Of a stretch of 64,000 nt of DNA, positions 1 through 11,333 are shown one piece after another. The first letter of the stretch is position 1, and each line of letters starts with the position of its first letter. Below the pieces are notes generated by a model. That model did not search any database. It was given only the letters and a program-made list of their open reading frames with translations, and was not told the origin of the DNA. This DNA comes from Armatimonadota bacterium (GTDB lineage Bacteria > Armatimonadota > UBA5829 > DSUL01), in the NCBI GenBank assembly GCA_025998755.1, contig AP024674.1, positions 956,004 through 1,020,003 on the forward strand, read 5' to 3'. A program made the translations under genes and the position numbers.

Positions 1-52
1 TGGTGGAGTAACGGCACGTCCGGGAGGAAAAGAAACGGGAGACTGATAGGTT

Positions 53-1681
<1,629 letters not shown>

Positions 1682-1728
1682 GAGCCATGACCTCATTCGC
1701 CGTATCGGGCGAAGAGGTACTGATTAAT

Positions 1729-1770
1729 AGGGCGGTTTCCCGGACAGCGCCGGGAAGCCGCCCTTTCCTC
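1729..1770 (+). terminator. Rho-independent terminator after groEL
   Basis: 14-bp stem GGGCGGTTTCCCGG / CCGGGAAGCCGCCC (one G-U pair), 6-nt loop ACAGCG, then TTTCCTCG. Confidence 0.7.
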
Positions 1771-1790
1771 GCTCCTTTTGATCGCCCTGG

Positions 1791-2831
1791 ATGGCAAGGA
1801 AGGGCAGGGAGCTGATGATGCGAACTCCCAGAAGCCTGTCCCCACGCCGGGACCCGTTGCGTCTCCTTACCCTGCTCAGCACTGCAGGAGTTGTTACCGT
1901 ATGGGCCGCCGGAGAGTTCATGGGAGAGCGGCACTGGCTGACCACACTGCTTGCCTATATGCCTCAGCACCCATTCCTGTTTCCTGCAGTGCTCCTGGGC
2001 GTGGCATCGCTTGTGCTGCGGCGTCCAGCTCTGGCCGCCGTGAACCTGCTGGTGTTGGTGTTTGGAGCGTTTTATCTGCTGGGCTTCAGCATCGGCCGCC
2101 AGGAGACGGGCGCGCGGGCTGACCTGCGCGTGATGACGTATAACATCCACCACGGCGCGATGGGCGTGGCTGGGGTCGCTGCGGACATACGCAGGCAGCG
2201 GCCCGACCTGGTCCTCCTGCAGGAGGCCAGCCCCTTCCGTAGCTGGCCCCATCCCGTGCGGCCCCTGGCCAAACTGCTGCCGGACTACAGCGTGTACACC
2301 ATTGGAGATGAGGTTGCCCTGCTTAGCAAACTGCCGGTGAGCCAAAGCGGGAGCTGGCGCCTGCGGAAGAATGGTGTGCGCCGCAAGGGGCTGGACGTTA
2401 CGGTCCTCGTCGGGAAGAGAAAACTGCGCCTTCTCAACGTTCACCTCATAACCTCGGCAACTGCAACCTCCATCGCCCGGAGCAAGCTGCAGCTCCCCTC
2501 TTATTTGCGGCACACGGCGGAGGTCCGGTGTGAGCAGTTGGAAGAGATCCGCAGATGGTTGGAACGTCAGCGGGACCCGTTTATCGTCGCCGGCGACTTC
2601 AACACGCCGCCTCGAGGGGTTCTCTACCGGAGACTTCGAGGGTGGGGATTGACGGACTCCTTCAGTGCAGCCGGGTTCGGCTTCGGAGCCACTTACCGTT
2701 CCGATAAACCTGTGCTGCGGATCGACCACATTTTCACGGGGCCCGGGGTGCGGGCCCTGCGGAGCTGGGTGCCGCGCACCCGGAGCTCCGACCACCGCCC
2801 CGTGGTGGTGGACCTGGCCCTCGACGACTGA
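1791..2831 (+). CDS. Membrane-anchored endonuclease/exonuclease/phosphatase (EEP) family protein
   Basis: N-terminal hydrophobic helices, then EEP blocks: VMTYNIHHG, PDLVLLQEAS, GDFNTPP, IDHIF, SDHRPVVVDL. Confidence 0.8.
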   Translation: MARKGRELMMRTPRSLSPRRDPLRLLTLLSTAGVVTVWAAGEFMGERHWLTTLLAYMPQHPFLFPAVLLGVASLVLRRPALAAVNLLVLVFGAFYLLGFSIGRQETGARADLRVMTYNIHHGAMGVAGVAADIRRQRPDLVLLQEASPFRSWPHPVRPLAKLLPDYSVYTIGDEVALLSKLPVSQSGSWRLRKNGVRRKGLDVTVLVGKRKLRLLNVHLITSATATSIARSKLQLPSYLRHTAEVRCEQLEEIRRWLERQRDPFIVAGDFNTPPRGVLYRRLRGWGLTDSFSAAGFGFGATYRSDKPVLRIDHIFTGPGVRALRSWVPRTRSSDHRPVVVDLALDD

Positions 2832-2840
2832 TACCGGACT

Positions 2841-4298
2841 TCAGACCAGCGACTCCAGCAGATCTTGGAGCGGCACGTAGGCGAATGTGGTGGAATGGTC
2901 GCTCAATGCGTATGGGATGAGTATGACATCGTTGTGCCGCATCGCCCCGCACGTATAGACCACGTTCGGCACGTAGCCGCTCCGTTCGTCTTCCTCAGGA
3001 GCGATAAGCGGCTCTCGGCTCCGACCGAGCACCTTCGTGGGATCCTTCAGGTCCAGCAACGCAGCCCCGATGCAGTATTGCCGCATCGGCCCGACGCCAT
3101 GTGTCAACAACAGCCAGCCTTCGGGAGTCTCGATGGGAGATCCGCAGTTGCCGATGACTGAGAACTCCCACCACTGGAGCGGCTCCATCGCCAGGTAGGC
3201 TTCATTCCAGACCAGGATGTTGTCGGAATACAAGATGTACAAGTTTTCGCCGTCTATCCGCCCGGAACAGACGTAACGGCCGCCGATACGCCGCGGAAAA
3301 AGCGCCATACCCTTATTCCGGGCGCATCGCCCAGTGAGCGTGGCGATGGTAATGACGCGAAGATCGCTGGTTTCCATCAGGGTGGGGAAGATGGTCGTTC
3401 CATTGTAGGCGGTATAGGTCCCGTAAATGTGACGGAATCCATTTTCTTCTGTGAACAGGACAAGCCTCAGGTCCTCAATTCCCCGGCTCTCGTTCTCGGT
3501 GCGGGGGAAGATCACAGCTTCGGCCACAGAGACGTCATCGCCGATCAGCAACTTGTAACTGGAACGCGCAACGCTCAGCATATTCCTGTGAGTCTGCTCC
3601 CAGGCTCCCTCTGTCGGAAAGATCGCTCGCAGAGACAGCAGTTCACGTTCCAGCTCCTCCATGCTGAAGGAGAGTCCCAGACGGTCCAGGACCTGCTCCT
3701 CCAGCGGTCCCAGAAATCCCGCCTCAGCCAGCTGCGCGCGGTACCGCGAGGTGTCAAACTCCGCGTCGGGGACGTCTGCCAGAGGACGCGTTACTTGCGC
3801 GGCTTCCTCGATAACCAGGTAGTTATTCCGGTCTATGCTCCCACGGCGGAAGACAACGGACGAAATGTGGCCTTCGCCCGTCGCTCGAAGGCTCATAAGG
3901 AAGCGGGTGGTTCCAGGCGGAGCCGGCGACTGATCCGGCAGAGGGACGATGGACGGGTTGAACAGCGCTGAAGACTCTATGGCGTATTCCATCGTAAAAT
4001 AAGCCCCGGCAAGCAGCTGTCTGCGCTTCGAGACATTCTGCCAGGCCACCGGCAGAAGCGGAGCGACACGCTCGAAGTGCTCCATCCAGATGTCCACCAG
4101 ATCACGGTGCTGCTCGCTGTAGTCTTCCTCCAGCTCGCAAAGCAAGCGGTCGGCCACGTCCTCAGGAAGGGACAGGATCCTTTCCAGACGCCGCCGGTTT
4201 CTCGCGTCATCAGATCCGAAAAAACGCGCTATCACGCGACGCGGATCTGGACGGAGAGTGATGGGCAGACGTGTCAAGCGGGGCTTGTTGGATGACAT
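2841..4298 (-). CDS. Glycoside hydrolase family 130-like protein (glycoside phosphorylase fold) with long N-terminal extension
   Basis: C-terminal ~300 aa carry GH130-type beta-propeller blocks (GMALFPRRIGGRY, NCGSPIETPEGWLLLTHGVG, YCIGAALLDLKDP, VPNVVYTCG). RBS GGAAGGAG lies upstream of the ATG. Confidence 0.75.
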   Translation of the reverse strand: MSSNKPRLTRLPITLRPDPRRVIARFFGSDDARNRRRLERILSLPEDVADRLLCELEEDYSEQHRDLVDIWMEHFERVAPLLPVAWQNVSKRRQLLAGAYFTMEYAIESSALFNPSIVPLPDQSPAPPGTTRFLMSLRATGEGHISSVVFRRGSIDRNNYLVIEEAAQVTRPLADVPDAEFDTSRYRAQLAEAGFLGPLEEQVLDRLGLSFSMEELERELLSLRAIFPTEGAWEQTHRNMLSVARSSYKLLIGDDVSVAEAVIFPRTENESRGIEDLRLVLFTEENGFRHIYGTYTAYNGTTIFPTLMETSDLRVITIATLTGRCARNKGMALFPRRIGGRYVCSGRIDGENLYILYSDNILVWNEAYLAMEPLQWWEFSVIGNCGSPIETPEGWLLLTHGVGPMRQYCIGAALLDLKDPTKVLGRSREPLIAPEEDERSGYVPNVVYTCGAMRHNDVILIPYALSDHSTTFAYVPLQDLLESLV

Positions 4299-4421
4299 GC
4301 GAGCAAAGGGCTCCTTCCTGACCGCATTTTAGGAGACCAGGCATCCGCATTTCAAGCGGACCGCTGCCAAGGTCTCCGCCAACTGCCACGCCATCATTGG
4401 CGAACGTGTGCCGGAACGGCG

Positions 4422-4450
4422 TTGACAGCGTCACAGCAGCGGTGTAGGAT
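4422..4450 (+). promoter_or_regulatory. Sigma70-like promoter for the guaB3-like/guaA/hpt genes
   Basis: TTGACA, 17-nt spacer, TAGGAT, about 30 nt upstream of the TTG start. GGAGG RBS lies in between. Confidence 0.5.
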
Positions 4451-4480
4451 ACACTGAAAACGACAGGAGGTAAGCCCTTT

Positions 4481-5641
4481 TTGCAAATCCTGCTGGGGGG
4501 ACACAAGTGGGCGCGGCGCTCATACGGATTTGACGAAGTGTCCGTCGCCTGCGGGTCGGTGACCGTCGACCCGAACGACACCGACACCTCATTCACCATC
4601 GGGCCGCACACATTCCGCATCCCATTCCTAGCATCCGCCATGGACGGCGCAGTGAGTCCTCGCGTGTGTCAGATCATGGGCCGTCTGGGCGGGTTGGCCG
4701 TTCTGAACCTGGAAGGCCTCTTCACCCGTTACGAGAACACGGAGGAGCAGCTGGACCGTATCGTCTCGGCGCCGCAGGAAGATGTAGTCTCTCTCCTGCA
4801 GACCATCTACCGAGAGCCAGTCAAGCCGGAGCTGGTGGCGCGGCGCGTCCGGGAGATCAAAGAGGACGGCACGCTGGCCGCCGCGTCCGTGACGCCGGCT
4901 GCGTTCGATTCAGTGGGCCGTGCCGCGCTCGAGGCGGGGCTGGACATTCTGGTCATCCAGTCCACGGTCACCAGCGCCAACCATTATTCCAGTCAGGGAG
5001 TCGCCTTGAGTATCCGGGATCTCTGCCAGAGCGCTGGTGTGCCTGTGGTTGTAGGGAACGTTGTCAACTACGAAGGCGCGCTCTCGCTGATGGAAGCCGG
5101 TGCAGAAGCCGTACTCGTTGGCGTCGGGCCCGGGGCGGCCTGCACAACCCGCCGAGTGTGCGGCATCGGAGTGCCCCAGGTAACCGCGGTCGCGGATGCA
5201 GCCGCTGCGCGGGATGACTACTACTCCCGAACAGGCAAGCGCGTCACAGTCATCGCAGATGGCGGAATGCGCACGGGGGGTGATATTGTAAAGGCCATCG
5301 TGGCGGGAGCAGACGCCGTTATGATCGGTTCCCCCATCGCCGCCGCAGCGGAAGCGCCCGGCCGGGGGTGGCACTGGGGGATGGCCACCAGCCACCCCGG
5401 CCTTCCCCGAGGCACCCGGATCAGGGTGGGAGAGATGGGCACGCTGGAGCAGATCCTCTTCGGGCCCGCCCGTTCCGATGACGGAACAATGAACTTCGTC
5501 ACAGCCCTGAAGGTTGCAATGGGTTACTGCGGCAAACGCACTATCCAGGAGATGCAAACGGCGGAGATGGTCATCGCTCCGGCCATTCCCAGCGAGGGCA
5601 AAGCCCACCAGCGCGCGCAGAAGGTGGGGCAGGGGACTTGA
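4481..5641 (+). CDS. IMP dehydrogenase/GMP reductase-family protein without CBS insert (GuaB3-like)
   Basis: 386 aa with IMPDH-type TIM-barrel blocks ([41 protein letters not shown]) and no CBS pair. TTG start 10 nt after GGAGG. Confidence 0.8.
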   Translation: MQILLGGHKWARRSYGFDEVSVACGSVTVDPNDTDTSFTIGPHTFRIPFLASAMDGAVSPRVCQIMGRLGGLAVLNLEGLFTRYENTEEQLDRIVSAPQEDVVSLLQTIYREPVKPELVARRVREIKEDGTLAAASVTPAAFDSVGRAALEAGLDILVIQSTVTSANHYSSQGVALSIRDLCQSAGVPVVVGNVVNYEGALSLMEAGAEAVLVGVGPGAACTTRRVCGIGVPQVTAVADAAAARDDYYSRTGKRVTVIADGGMRTGGDIVKAIVAGADAVMIGSPIAAAAEAPGRGWHWGMATSHPGLPRGTRIRVGEMGTLEQILFGPARSDDGTMNFVTALKVAMGYCGKRTIQEMQTAEMVIAPAIPSEGKAHQRAQKVGQGT

Positions 5642-7191
5642 AGCTGGAGCATATCGCCGCTCCTGAAGAGCGCGTTGTCGTTCTGGACTTCGGCGCGCAG
5701 TACAGCCAGCTGATCACACGCCGCGTCCGCGAATGCCACGTCTACAGTGAGCTTCTCTCGTATGACACCCCGCTGGAGGAGATCCTCTCCCGGAAACCGC
5801 GAGGGATCATTCTGAGCGGAGGGCCTTCCAGCGTATACGAAGAAGGCGCGCCTGCCGCGGATCCGCGGCTTTTCGAGCTGGGCATCCCGGTGCTGGGCAT
5901 CTGCTACGGAATGCAGCTGATGGCCCATCAGCTCGGAGGAAAAGTCCTGCCCGGCGAGAACCGGGAGTACGGCAAGACCGAACTGCACGTCCGCGAAGGA
6001 GCGCCCCTGTTCGACGGTTTGAACCCGGAGCTAATCTGCTGGATGAGCCACGGGGATCTTGTTCAGGAGCCTCCGCCCGGCTTTGAAACCATAGCCTCCA
6101 CGGTGAATTCTCCGGTGGCGGCTATGGCGAACGTCCAGAAGAGACTTTTCGGCGTGCAGTTCCACCCCGAGGTGGCACACACTCCGTGGGGGATTGAGAT
6201 CCTGCGTCAGTTCCTCTACGGTTTCTGCGGCTGCGAGGGGCAGTGGACCATTGAGTCCTTCGTCAATGAAGCTACTGAATGGGTGGCCCGGAGAGTGGGC
6301 AAGGGCAGGGTCCTTTGTGCGCTGAGCGGCGGCGTGGATAGCTCCACCACGGCGGCGCTGGTTCACAGGGCCATCGGGGATCAGATCACCTGCATCTTTG
6401 TGAATCACGGCTTGCTGCGTCTGGAGGAACCGGAGCGGGTACGCGCCACTTTCGACCAGCACTTCAAGATGAACCTGGTCTATGTGGACGCGACCGACCG
6501 TTTCCTAGCCAGGCTGGAGGGCGTCACCGACCCGGAACGCAAACGCAAGATCATCGGCGAGGAGTTCGTCCGCGTCTTTGAGGAAGAGGCAAGCCGCCTG
6601 GGGGATTTCGACTTCCTTGCGCAGGGGACGCTGTATCCTGATGTGGTGGAAAGCGGCACCAAGAACGCGGCGCTCATCAAGACCCATCACAATGTGGGCG
6701 GCCTGCCGGAAAAGATGAACTTCAAGCTTCTGGAGCCGCTGCGCGATCTGTTTAAGGATGAGGTCCGTGCGGTGGCTACGGAGCTGGGGCTGCCAAGCGA
6801 GCTCGTCTGGCGCCAGCCGTTTCCCGGACCGGGCCTGGCCATCCGGATCATCGGCGAGGTGACGCGGGAGCGTCTGGAGACTCTCCGGCGCGCCGACTGG
6901 ATCGTGGTGGACGAGATAAAGAGAGCCGGCCTCTACCGGCAGCTCTTCCACGCGTTTGCGGTTTTGCTGCCAATCCGCAGCACGGGCGTCATGGGGGACC
7001 AGCGCACCTACGCATATCCCATTTGCGTCCGCGCGGTCACAAGCGACGATGTCATGACCGCGGACTGGGCGCGCCTGCCTTACGAGGTGCTTGAGCGCAT
7101 TTCTAACCGCATCACGAACGAAGTGCCGGGAGTCAACCGGGTGGTACTGGATATCAGCTCCAAGCCGCCGGCGACCATTGAGTGGGAATGA
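5638..7191 (+). CDS. guaA: GMP synthase (glutamine-hydrolysing)
   Basis: GATase block [12 protein letters not shown]-pyrophosphatase SGGVDSS, conserved C-terminal dimerisation domain ending IEWE. TTG start overlaps the upstream stop (TTGA). Confidence 0.95.
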   Translation: MKLEHIAAPEERVVVLDFGAQYSQLITRRVRECHVYSELLSYDTPLEEILSRKPRGIILSGGPSSVYEEGAPAADPRLFELGIPVLGICYGMQLMAHQLGGKVLPGENREYGKTELHVREGAPLFDGLNPELICWMSHGDLVQEPPPGFETIASTVNSPVAAMANVQKRLFGVQFHPEVAHTPWGIEILRQFLYGFCGCEGQWTIESFVNEATEWVARRVGKGRVLCALSGGVDSSTTAALVHRAIGDQITCIFVNHGLLRLEEPERVRATFDQHFKMNLVYVDATDRFLARLEGVTDPERKRKIIGEEFVRVFEEEASRLGDFDFLAQGTLYPDVVESGTKNAALIKTHHNVGGLPEKMNFKLLEPLRDLFKDEVRAVATELGLPSELVWRQPFPGPGLAIRIIGEVTRERLETLRRADWIVVDEIKRAGLYRQLFHAFAVLLPIRSTGVMGDQRTYAYPICVRAVTSDDVMTADWARLPYEVLERISNRITNEVPGVNRVVLDISSKPPATIEWE

Positions 7192-7201
7192 GTTCTAAAG
7201 A

Positions 7202-7756
7202 ATGAACCTTCGCGATGACATCGCTCAGATATTACTGACAGAAGAACAGATCGCTGCCCGTGTCAAAGAGCTGGGGCAGCAGATCTCGCGCGACTATGAG
7301 GGCAAGGATCTGATCCTGGTCGGGATCCTGAAAGGCGCCGCCATCTTCCTGGCGGACCTCGTCCGGGCCATCGAGATCCCCGTAGCTTATGACTTCGTGG
7401 CCATCTCCAGCTACGGAGCGGACAGCCGTTCGGCCGGTGTGGTGCGCATCATCAAGGATCTGGATGAAAGCCTCGTCAGCAAGCACGTCCTTGTGGTTGA
7501 GGATATAGTGGACACCGGCTGGACGCTTCGCCTTTCCTATCTGTTGGAGAACCTGCGATCCCGCAAGGCAGCAAGCGTCCGGGTGTGCACGCTGCTGGAC
7601 AAACCCAGCCGCCGTGAGATGGGCGTGAAGATAGACTACACGGGCTTCCTTGTCGAGGACAAGTATGTGGTGGGTTACGGACTGGACTATGCCGGTGAAT
7701 ACCGCAGCCTTCCTTTCATTGGCGTCCTGATGCCCGAGGTTTACGGCGGCGGCTGA
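7202..7756 (+). CDS. hpt: Hypoxanthine-guanine phosphoribosyltransferase
   Basis: 184 aa with PRPP-binding loop VLVVEDIVDTG and typical HPRT length and layout. Confidence 0.9.
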   Translation: MNLRDDIAQILLTEEQIAARVKELGQQISRDYEGKDLILVGILKGAAIFLADLVRAIEIPVAYDFVAISSYGADSRSAGVVRIIKDLDESLVSKHVLVVEDIVDTGWTLRLSYLLENLRSRKAASVRVCTLLDKPSRREMGVKIDYTGFLVEDKYVVGYGLDYAGEYRSLPFIGVLMPEVYGGG

Positions 7757-7801
7757 AAAGTCTTGCCCGATGATTGCCGATAGATGATTGTGAAAACTCT
7801 G

Positions 7802-7830
7802 TTGCGCAGGGCAGGGGAGGGGTATATAAT
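7802..7830 (+). promoter_or_regulatory. Near-consensus sigma70 promoter ahead of a ~240-nt rho leader
   Basis: TTGCGC, 17-nt spacer, TATAAT. No credible ORF between it and the rho start at 8074. Confidence 0.55.
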
Positions 7831-8073
7831 ACTTGCGATGCTGGCTGCCTCCCCGGTAATGCTCGCAGCCTGAGTTTGATTTCCCGGATCCCAGACGCGA
7901 ACCCCGGATGCCTGGGGCTTGGCTTGATATACGAGGCCCGAATATAAGCCCGGCCGGATGTGAACTCGCGTATTTTTCCCTGCTTTTGATCTGGAGCGTC
8001 CCTCCAGGCGTCGGAAGCGCGGCAAACCAGCCGTGTGAGGGCGCGCTCCGTTACCAGATGAGGTGACCCACAC

Positions 8074-9336
8074 GTGGAAACACTGGAACTCGCTACCCTC
8101 GATTCCAAGGACATCGAGGAGCTTCAGCAGATCGCCAGAGAGCTGAACATCGAGGTTGACACTCGCCGGAAGCACGAGCTGGTCAACCGGATAATGGAAC
8201 GCCAGACGCAGAACAGCGGCTACCTCTGGCGGCAGGGAGTGCTGGAGATTCTTCCGGACGGCTGGGGCTTCCTGAGGGGTAAGAACTTCGCGCCTGCGCC
8301 GGATGATGTCTATGTCTCCCAGTCGCAGATCAAGCGTTTCGGCCTGAAGACGGGGGACACGGTCTCCGGGCAGGTCCGTCCACCGAAGGATTCAGAGAAG
8401 TATTACGGTCTGCTCCGGGTGGAGGCGGTCAACGGCCAGGACCCGGAGACGGCCCGGCAGAGGCGCTCTTTTGACGACCTGACGCCCATCTATCCCAACG
8501 AGCGTCTGGTCATGGAGCACGACCCCAAGCAGCTCAGCGCCCGCCTCATAGATCTGATCGCGCCGATCGGCAAGGGGCAGCGTGGTCTCATTGTCGCCCC
8601 GCCCAAAGCGGGGAAGACAATGCTGCTGAAGACCATCGCGAACGCCATCTCCGCCAATCACCCCGAGGTCTTCCTCATCGTCCTGCTCATAGACGAGCGC
8701 CCCGAAGAGGTAACGGATATCCGACGCTCCGTGGATGGGGTTGTGGTGAGCTCCACGTTTGACGAGCCTCCGGAGAATCATATGCGGGTGGCTGACATGG
8801 TGCTGGAGCAGGCCAAGCGGCTTGTGGAGTCCGGCAAGGACGTCGTTGTGCTGCTGGACAGTCTGACCCGTCTGGGACGGGCGTCCAACCTGACCGTCAA
8901 CCCCAGCGGGCGCACGCTTTCCGGGGGACTGGATCCGGTAGCCCTGTACCGGCCGAAGCGTTTCTTCGGAGCGGCCAGAAACATCGAAGAGGGCGGAAGC
9001 CTGACGGTCCTGGCAACCTGTCTTGTGGACACCGGCAGCCGCATGGACGATATGATCTTCGAAGAGTTCAAGGGGACGGGCAATATGGAGCTGGTGCTCG
9101 ACCGTGCCCTTGCCGAAAGGCGGATATATCCGGCCGTGGACGTCAAGCGATCCGGAACCCGCCACGATGAGCTTCTTTACGACCCGGACACTCTGAAGCA
9201 GATCTACGCGCTACACAGGATCCTGGCAGGAATGGATCCCGTCGAGGCGATCGAGTTGCTGCTCGACCGCCTGCGCCACACGAAGTCTAATGCGGAGTTT
9301 CTGACTATCGTGGAGAAAACCACGAAGACCATGTAA
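8074..9336 (+). CDS. rho: Transcription termination factor Rho
   Basis: 420 aa: N-terminal RNA-binding domain, RecA-type ATPase with P-loop APPKAGKT, conserved C-terminus. GTG start. Confidence 0.95.
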   Translation: METLELATLDSKDIEELQQIARELNIEVDTRRKHELVNRIMERQTQNSGYLWRQGVLEILPDGWGFLRGKNFAPAPDDVYVSQSQIKRFGLKTGDTVSGQVRPPKDSEKYYGLLRVEAVNGQDPETARQRRSFDDLTPIYPNERLVMEHDPKQLSARLIDLIAPIGKGQRGLIVAPPKAGKTMLLKTIANAISANHPEVFLIVLLIDERPEEVTDIRRSVDGVVVSSTFDEPPENHMRVADMVLEQAKRLVESGKDVVVLLDSLTRLGRASNLTVNPSGRTLSGGLDPVALYRPKRFFGAARNIEEGGSLTVLATCLVDTGSRMDDMIFEEFKGTGNMELVLDRALAERRIYPAVDVKRSGTRHDELLYDPDTLKQIYALHRILAGMDPVEAIELLLDRLRHTKSNAEFLTIVEKTTKTM

Positions 9337-9403
9337 AAGGGCTTTCTGGGCCAAAAATGCCACGGCGCGCGCGGCATGGGCGCGTGGAGGCGGATAACGA
9401 AAG

Positions 9404-9889
9404 ATGCGTGAAGGCGGAGCCGAAAGCAGGAATCTGGAAGAGCGGGAGATCCAGGTGATGGGAGTGTTCGAAGAGCGAAGCTCTAACGCTCCCCTCAGTA
9501 ACCCGTTCGTTCTCGTGCGTGACAACCGGGGCCGCGCCGTCCTCATCTGGATCGGCAGGTTCGAGGCTCTGTCTATCTCCATGGCGTTGGAGGGTGCTTC
9601 CGCAGACCGACCGCTGACCCACGACCTGCTGAAGAACATGGCCGAGCGTCTGGGAGCGCAGATTGACCGCGTGGTTGTGGATGACCTCTGGGCCGATACT
9701 TTCTACGCGAAGATCTGGATGACCGTGAACGGCAAGACCATCTCCATTGACTCGCGGCCCAGCGATGCCATCGCTTTGGCGTTACGGGTGAAGTGTCCCG
9801 TGTACATGACGGAGGCGGTGCTGGAAGAGGCGTCTCGTCCTGTAGAGGAGATTACTGGAGGTTCTGCGGACGAACAGGAAGGGGATTGA
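9404..9889 (+). CDS. Bifunctional nuclease (BFN/DUF151) family protein
   Basis: Blocks LIWIGRFEALSI, RPLTHDL, YAKIW, SIDSRPSDAIALALR. The true start may be the ATG at 9458. Confidence 0.8.
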   Translation: MREGGAESRNLEEREIQVMGVFEERSSNAPLSNPFVLVRDNRGRAVLIWIGRFEALSISMALEGASADRPLTHDLLKNMAERLGAQIDRVVVDDLWADTFYAKIWMTVNGKTISIDSRPSDAIALALRVKCPVYMTEAVLEEASRPVEEITGGSADEQEGD

Positions 9890-10010
9890 CTGGTATTTTT
9901 GTGCAAGGGGCTAAGGGGCCGGCGCGCTGCCGGCTCTATAGCTTGGAAAGCAATGAGTTAACATAATATATCTTATCGGAACTTCCCGCCGGTCATAACC
10001 CGCCGCTCGC

Positions 10011-10039
10011 GAAAAGAGCCTGCCCCAATGGACAGGCTC
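10011..10039 (-). terminator. Rho-independent terminator after the response-regulator/small-protein pair
   Basis: On the minus strand: GAGCCTG, 10-nt loop, CAGGCTC, followed by TTTTC. It lies 30 nt past the stop of the 73-aa ORF. Confidence 0.6.
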
Positions 10040-10068
10040 CGAATCATCAAAGAATACTGCGCCTCTGT

Positions 10069-10290
10069 CTAACTCTCAGCGGCCGCAGATGGCTTCCCGA
10101 GAGCCCGATCCATCTGCGCGATCGTCGCCTGGCACTCCCGGATGATCTCACGAATGTCCCGTTCGCCCTCAAGCGGCCGAGTGCGCTCGTACAGCAGCCT
10201 GCCAATCAGCCCTGCGACCACGATCGCACTGATGACTCCAGCCGCCAGCGCAACCACATTCGGGCCTTCAGAGCGATTCGCCGTGTCCAT
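10069..10290 (-). CDS. Small single-pass membrane protein (73 aa), unknown function
   Basis: One hydrophobic helix (VVALAAGVISAIVVAGLIG). Its ATG shares one base with the upstream TGA (TGATG), and a terminator follows directly. Confidence 0.5.
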   Translation of the reverse strand: MDTANRSEGPNVVALAAGVISAIVVAGLIGRLLYERTRPLEGERDIREIIRECQATIAQMDRALGKPSAAAES

Positions 10291-10700
10291 CAGCTAATAT
10301 CGAACCTTCCGCTTCCATCCGCCCCGTCTTCCATGGATTTGAAGATGCGCTTCACGAATGAGATCAGCTCCATGGGGTTGAAGGGCTTGGTGAGGTAGCA
10401 GTCCACTCCAGACTGCCAACCGCGGAACACGTCCGCGTCCTGCGCCTTGGCAGTTAACATAATCACAGGGATATCCCTGGTGCTCGGGTTGCGCCTGAGA
10501 TTCTGCAGGACTTCGAACCCGTCCATGTAAGGCATCATCACATCCAGCACCACCAGGTCCGGCCGCTCGCTTTCGACCTTTTCCAGGGCTTCGCGGCCGT
10601 CGTTTGCTGTGACCACTTCGTAACCCTGGCGCTCCAGGTTCACCTGCACAAGCCGCACGATGTGTTTCTCATCGTCAACGGCCAGAATCTTCTTGGGCAT
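10290..10700 (-). CDS. Stand-alone receiver-domain response regulator (CheY-like)
   Basis: 136 aa with acidic pocket VDDEK, phospho-acceptor context VVLDVMMPYMDG, and LTAK. No output domain. Confidence 0.9.
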   Translation of the reverse strand: MPKKILAVDDEKHIVRLVQVNLERQGYEVVTANDGREALEKVESERPDLVVLDVMMPYMDGFEVLQNLRRNPSTRDIPVIMLTAKAQDADVFRGWQSGVDCYLTKPFNPMELISFVKRIFKSMEDGADGSGRFDIS

Positions 10701-10766
10701 CGTGATCCGTATTCCTCTCGGAGGAGTCTGCTGCGCCGCCCGCGGCGATCCTGCTCCTCCGCTGCG

Positions 10767-10796
10767 AATTTACCATACCGCCGGAAGGGCTGTCAA
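10767..10796 (-). promoter_or_regulatory. Candidate promoter for the response-regulator operon
   Basis: Minus strand TTGACA, 18-nt spacer, TAAATT, about 65 nt upstream of the ATG. Confidence 0.4.
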
Positions 10797-11033
10797 ACAA
10801 TCACGCCGACAACAGGACCCGATTGGCTATCCCCTTCCCCCACTCGGCGCGCAATACTTTCCCCCCTGAGACGCTGCGCCTTCGCCACGGGCCTATGGAG
10901 TCTTTCCTAATATCGGTCGGACTTGTCCCATCTGTTCAGACTGAATCGGCTCTCATTGGTGTTCCGTCAAGACCTGCAGCATCAACTGTATTAGCCCGAC
11001 AATACTCTGCTGGACTTGAGAACCCTGCGAGCG

Positions 11034-11062
11034 TTGACGATCCGCGCAGGCTGCGGTAAGAT
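11034..11062 (+). promoter_or_regulatory. Candidate promoter for tRNA-Ala
   Basis: TTGACG, 17-nt spacer, TAAGAT, ending 12 nt before the mature tRNA 5' end. Confidence 0.5.
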
Positions 11063-11074
11063 GAAACGTGCTGC

Positions 11075-11149
11075 GGGGCTGTAGCTCAGGGGGAGAGCGC
11101 TTCCTTGGCATGGAAGAGGTCGTGGGTTCAATTCCCATCAGCTCCACCA
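11075..11149 (+). tRNA. tRNA-Ala (anticodon GGC), CCA encoded
   Basis: Hand-folded cloverleaf: acceptor GGGGCTG/CAGCTCC with the G3:U70 alanine identity pair, anticodon arm CTTCC-TTGGCAT-GGAAG, T-arm GTGGG-TTCAATT-CCCAT, 3' ACCA. Confidence 0.92.
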
Positions 11150-11194
11150 TTTCTGATCGCATCGCGCCGCCGTCTGCGGCAGCGCAGAGATATC

Positions 11195-11225
11195 GGCGCC
11201 GCCTCTGAGCGGCGCCTATCTTTTT
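11195..11225 (+). terminator. Rho-independent terminator after tRNA-Ala
   Basis: GGCGCCGC, loop CTCTGA, GCGGCGCC (8-bp GC stem), followed by TATCTTTTT. Confidence 0.7.
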
Positions 11226-11333
11226 GCCCGGCCAGCCCGCAGGGATGCGCGCCGTGCTTCAGCCTGCCGGATGCCTCCCCGACGGGCTTGCGGCCCAATC
11301 CGGCAGAAAGACAGGAAAGGACAACTGTCGCAT

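Noticed and set aside
1-11. Possible 3' end of groES (…VE stop at 9-11) upstream of groEL
   Set aside because: Only three codons are visible, so the call cannot be supported from sequence. Synteny makes it likely, but it is not demonstrable here.
7716-8175. Minus-strand ORFs 7716-8114 and 7741-8175 in the hpt-rho gap
   Set aside because: They run antisense through the rho promoter, leader and 5' coding region. They have no RBS and poor composition, so the gap is better explained as the rho leader.
10797-11033. 237-nt unassigned stretch between the response-regulator promoter and the tRNA-Ala promoter, checked for a small RNA (SRP, 6S, RNase P-like)
   Set aside because: No conserved RNA signature or convincing extended secondary structure was visible by eye. 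It is left unannotated, and a covariance-model scan would be needed.
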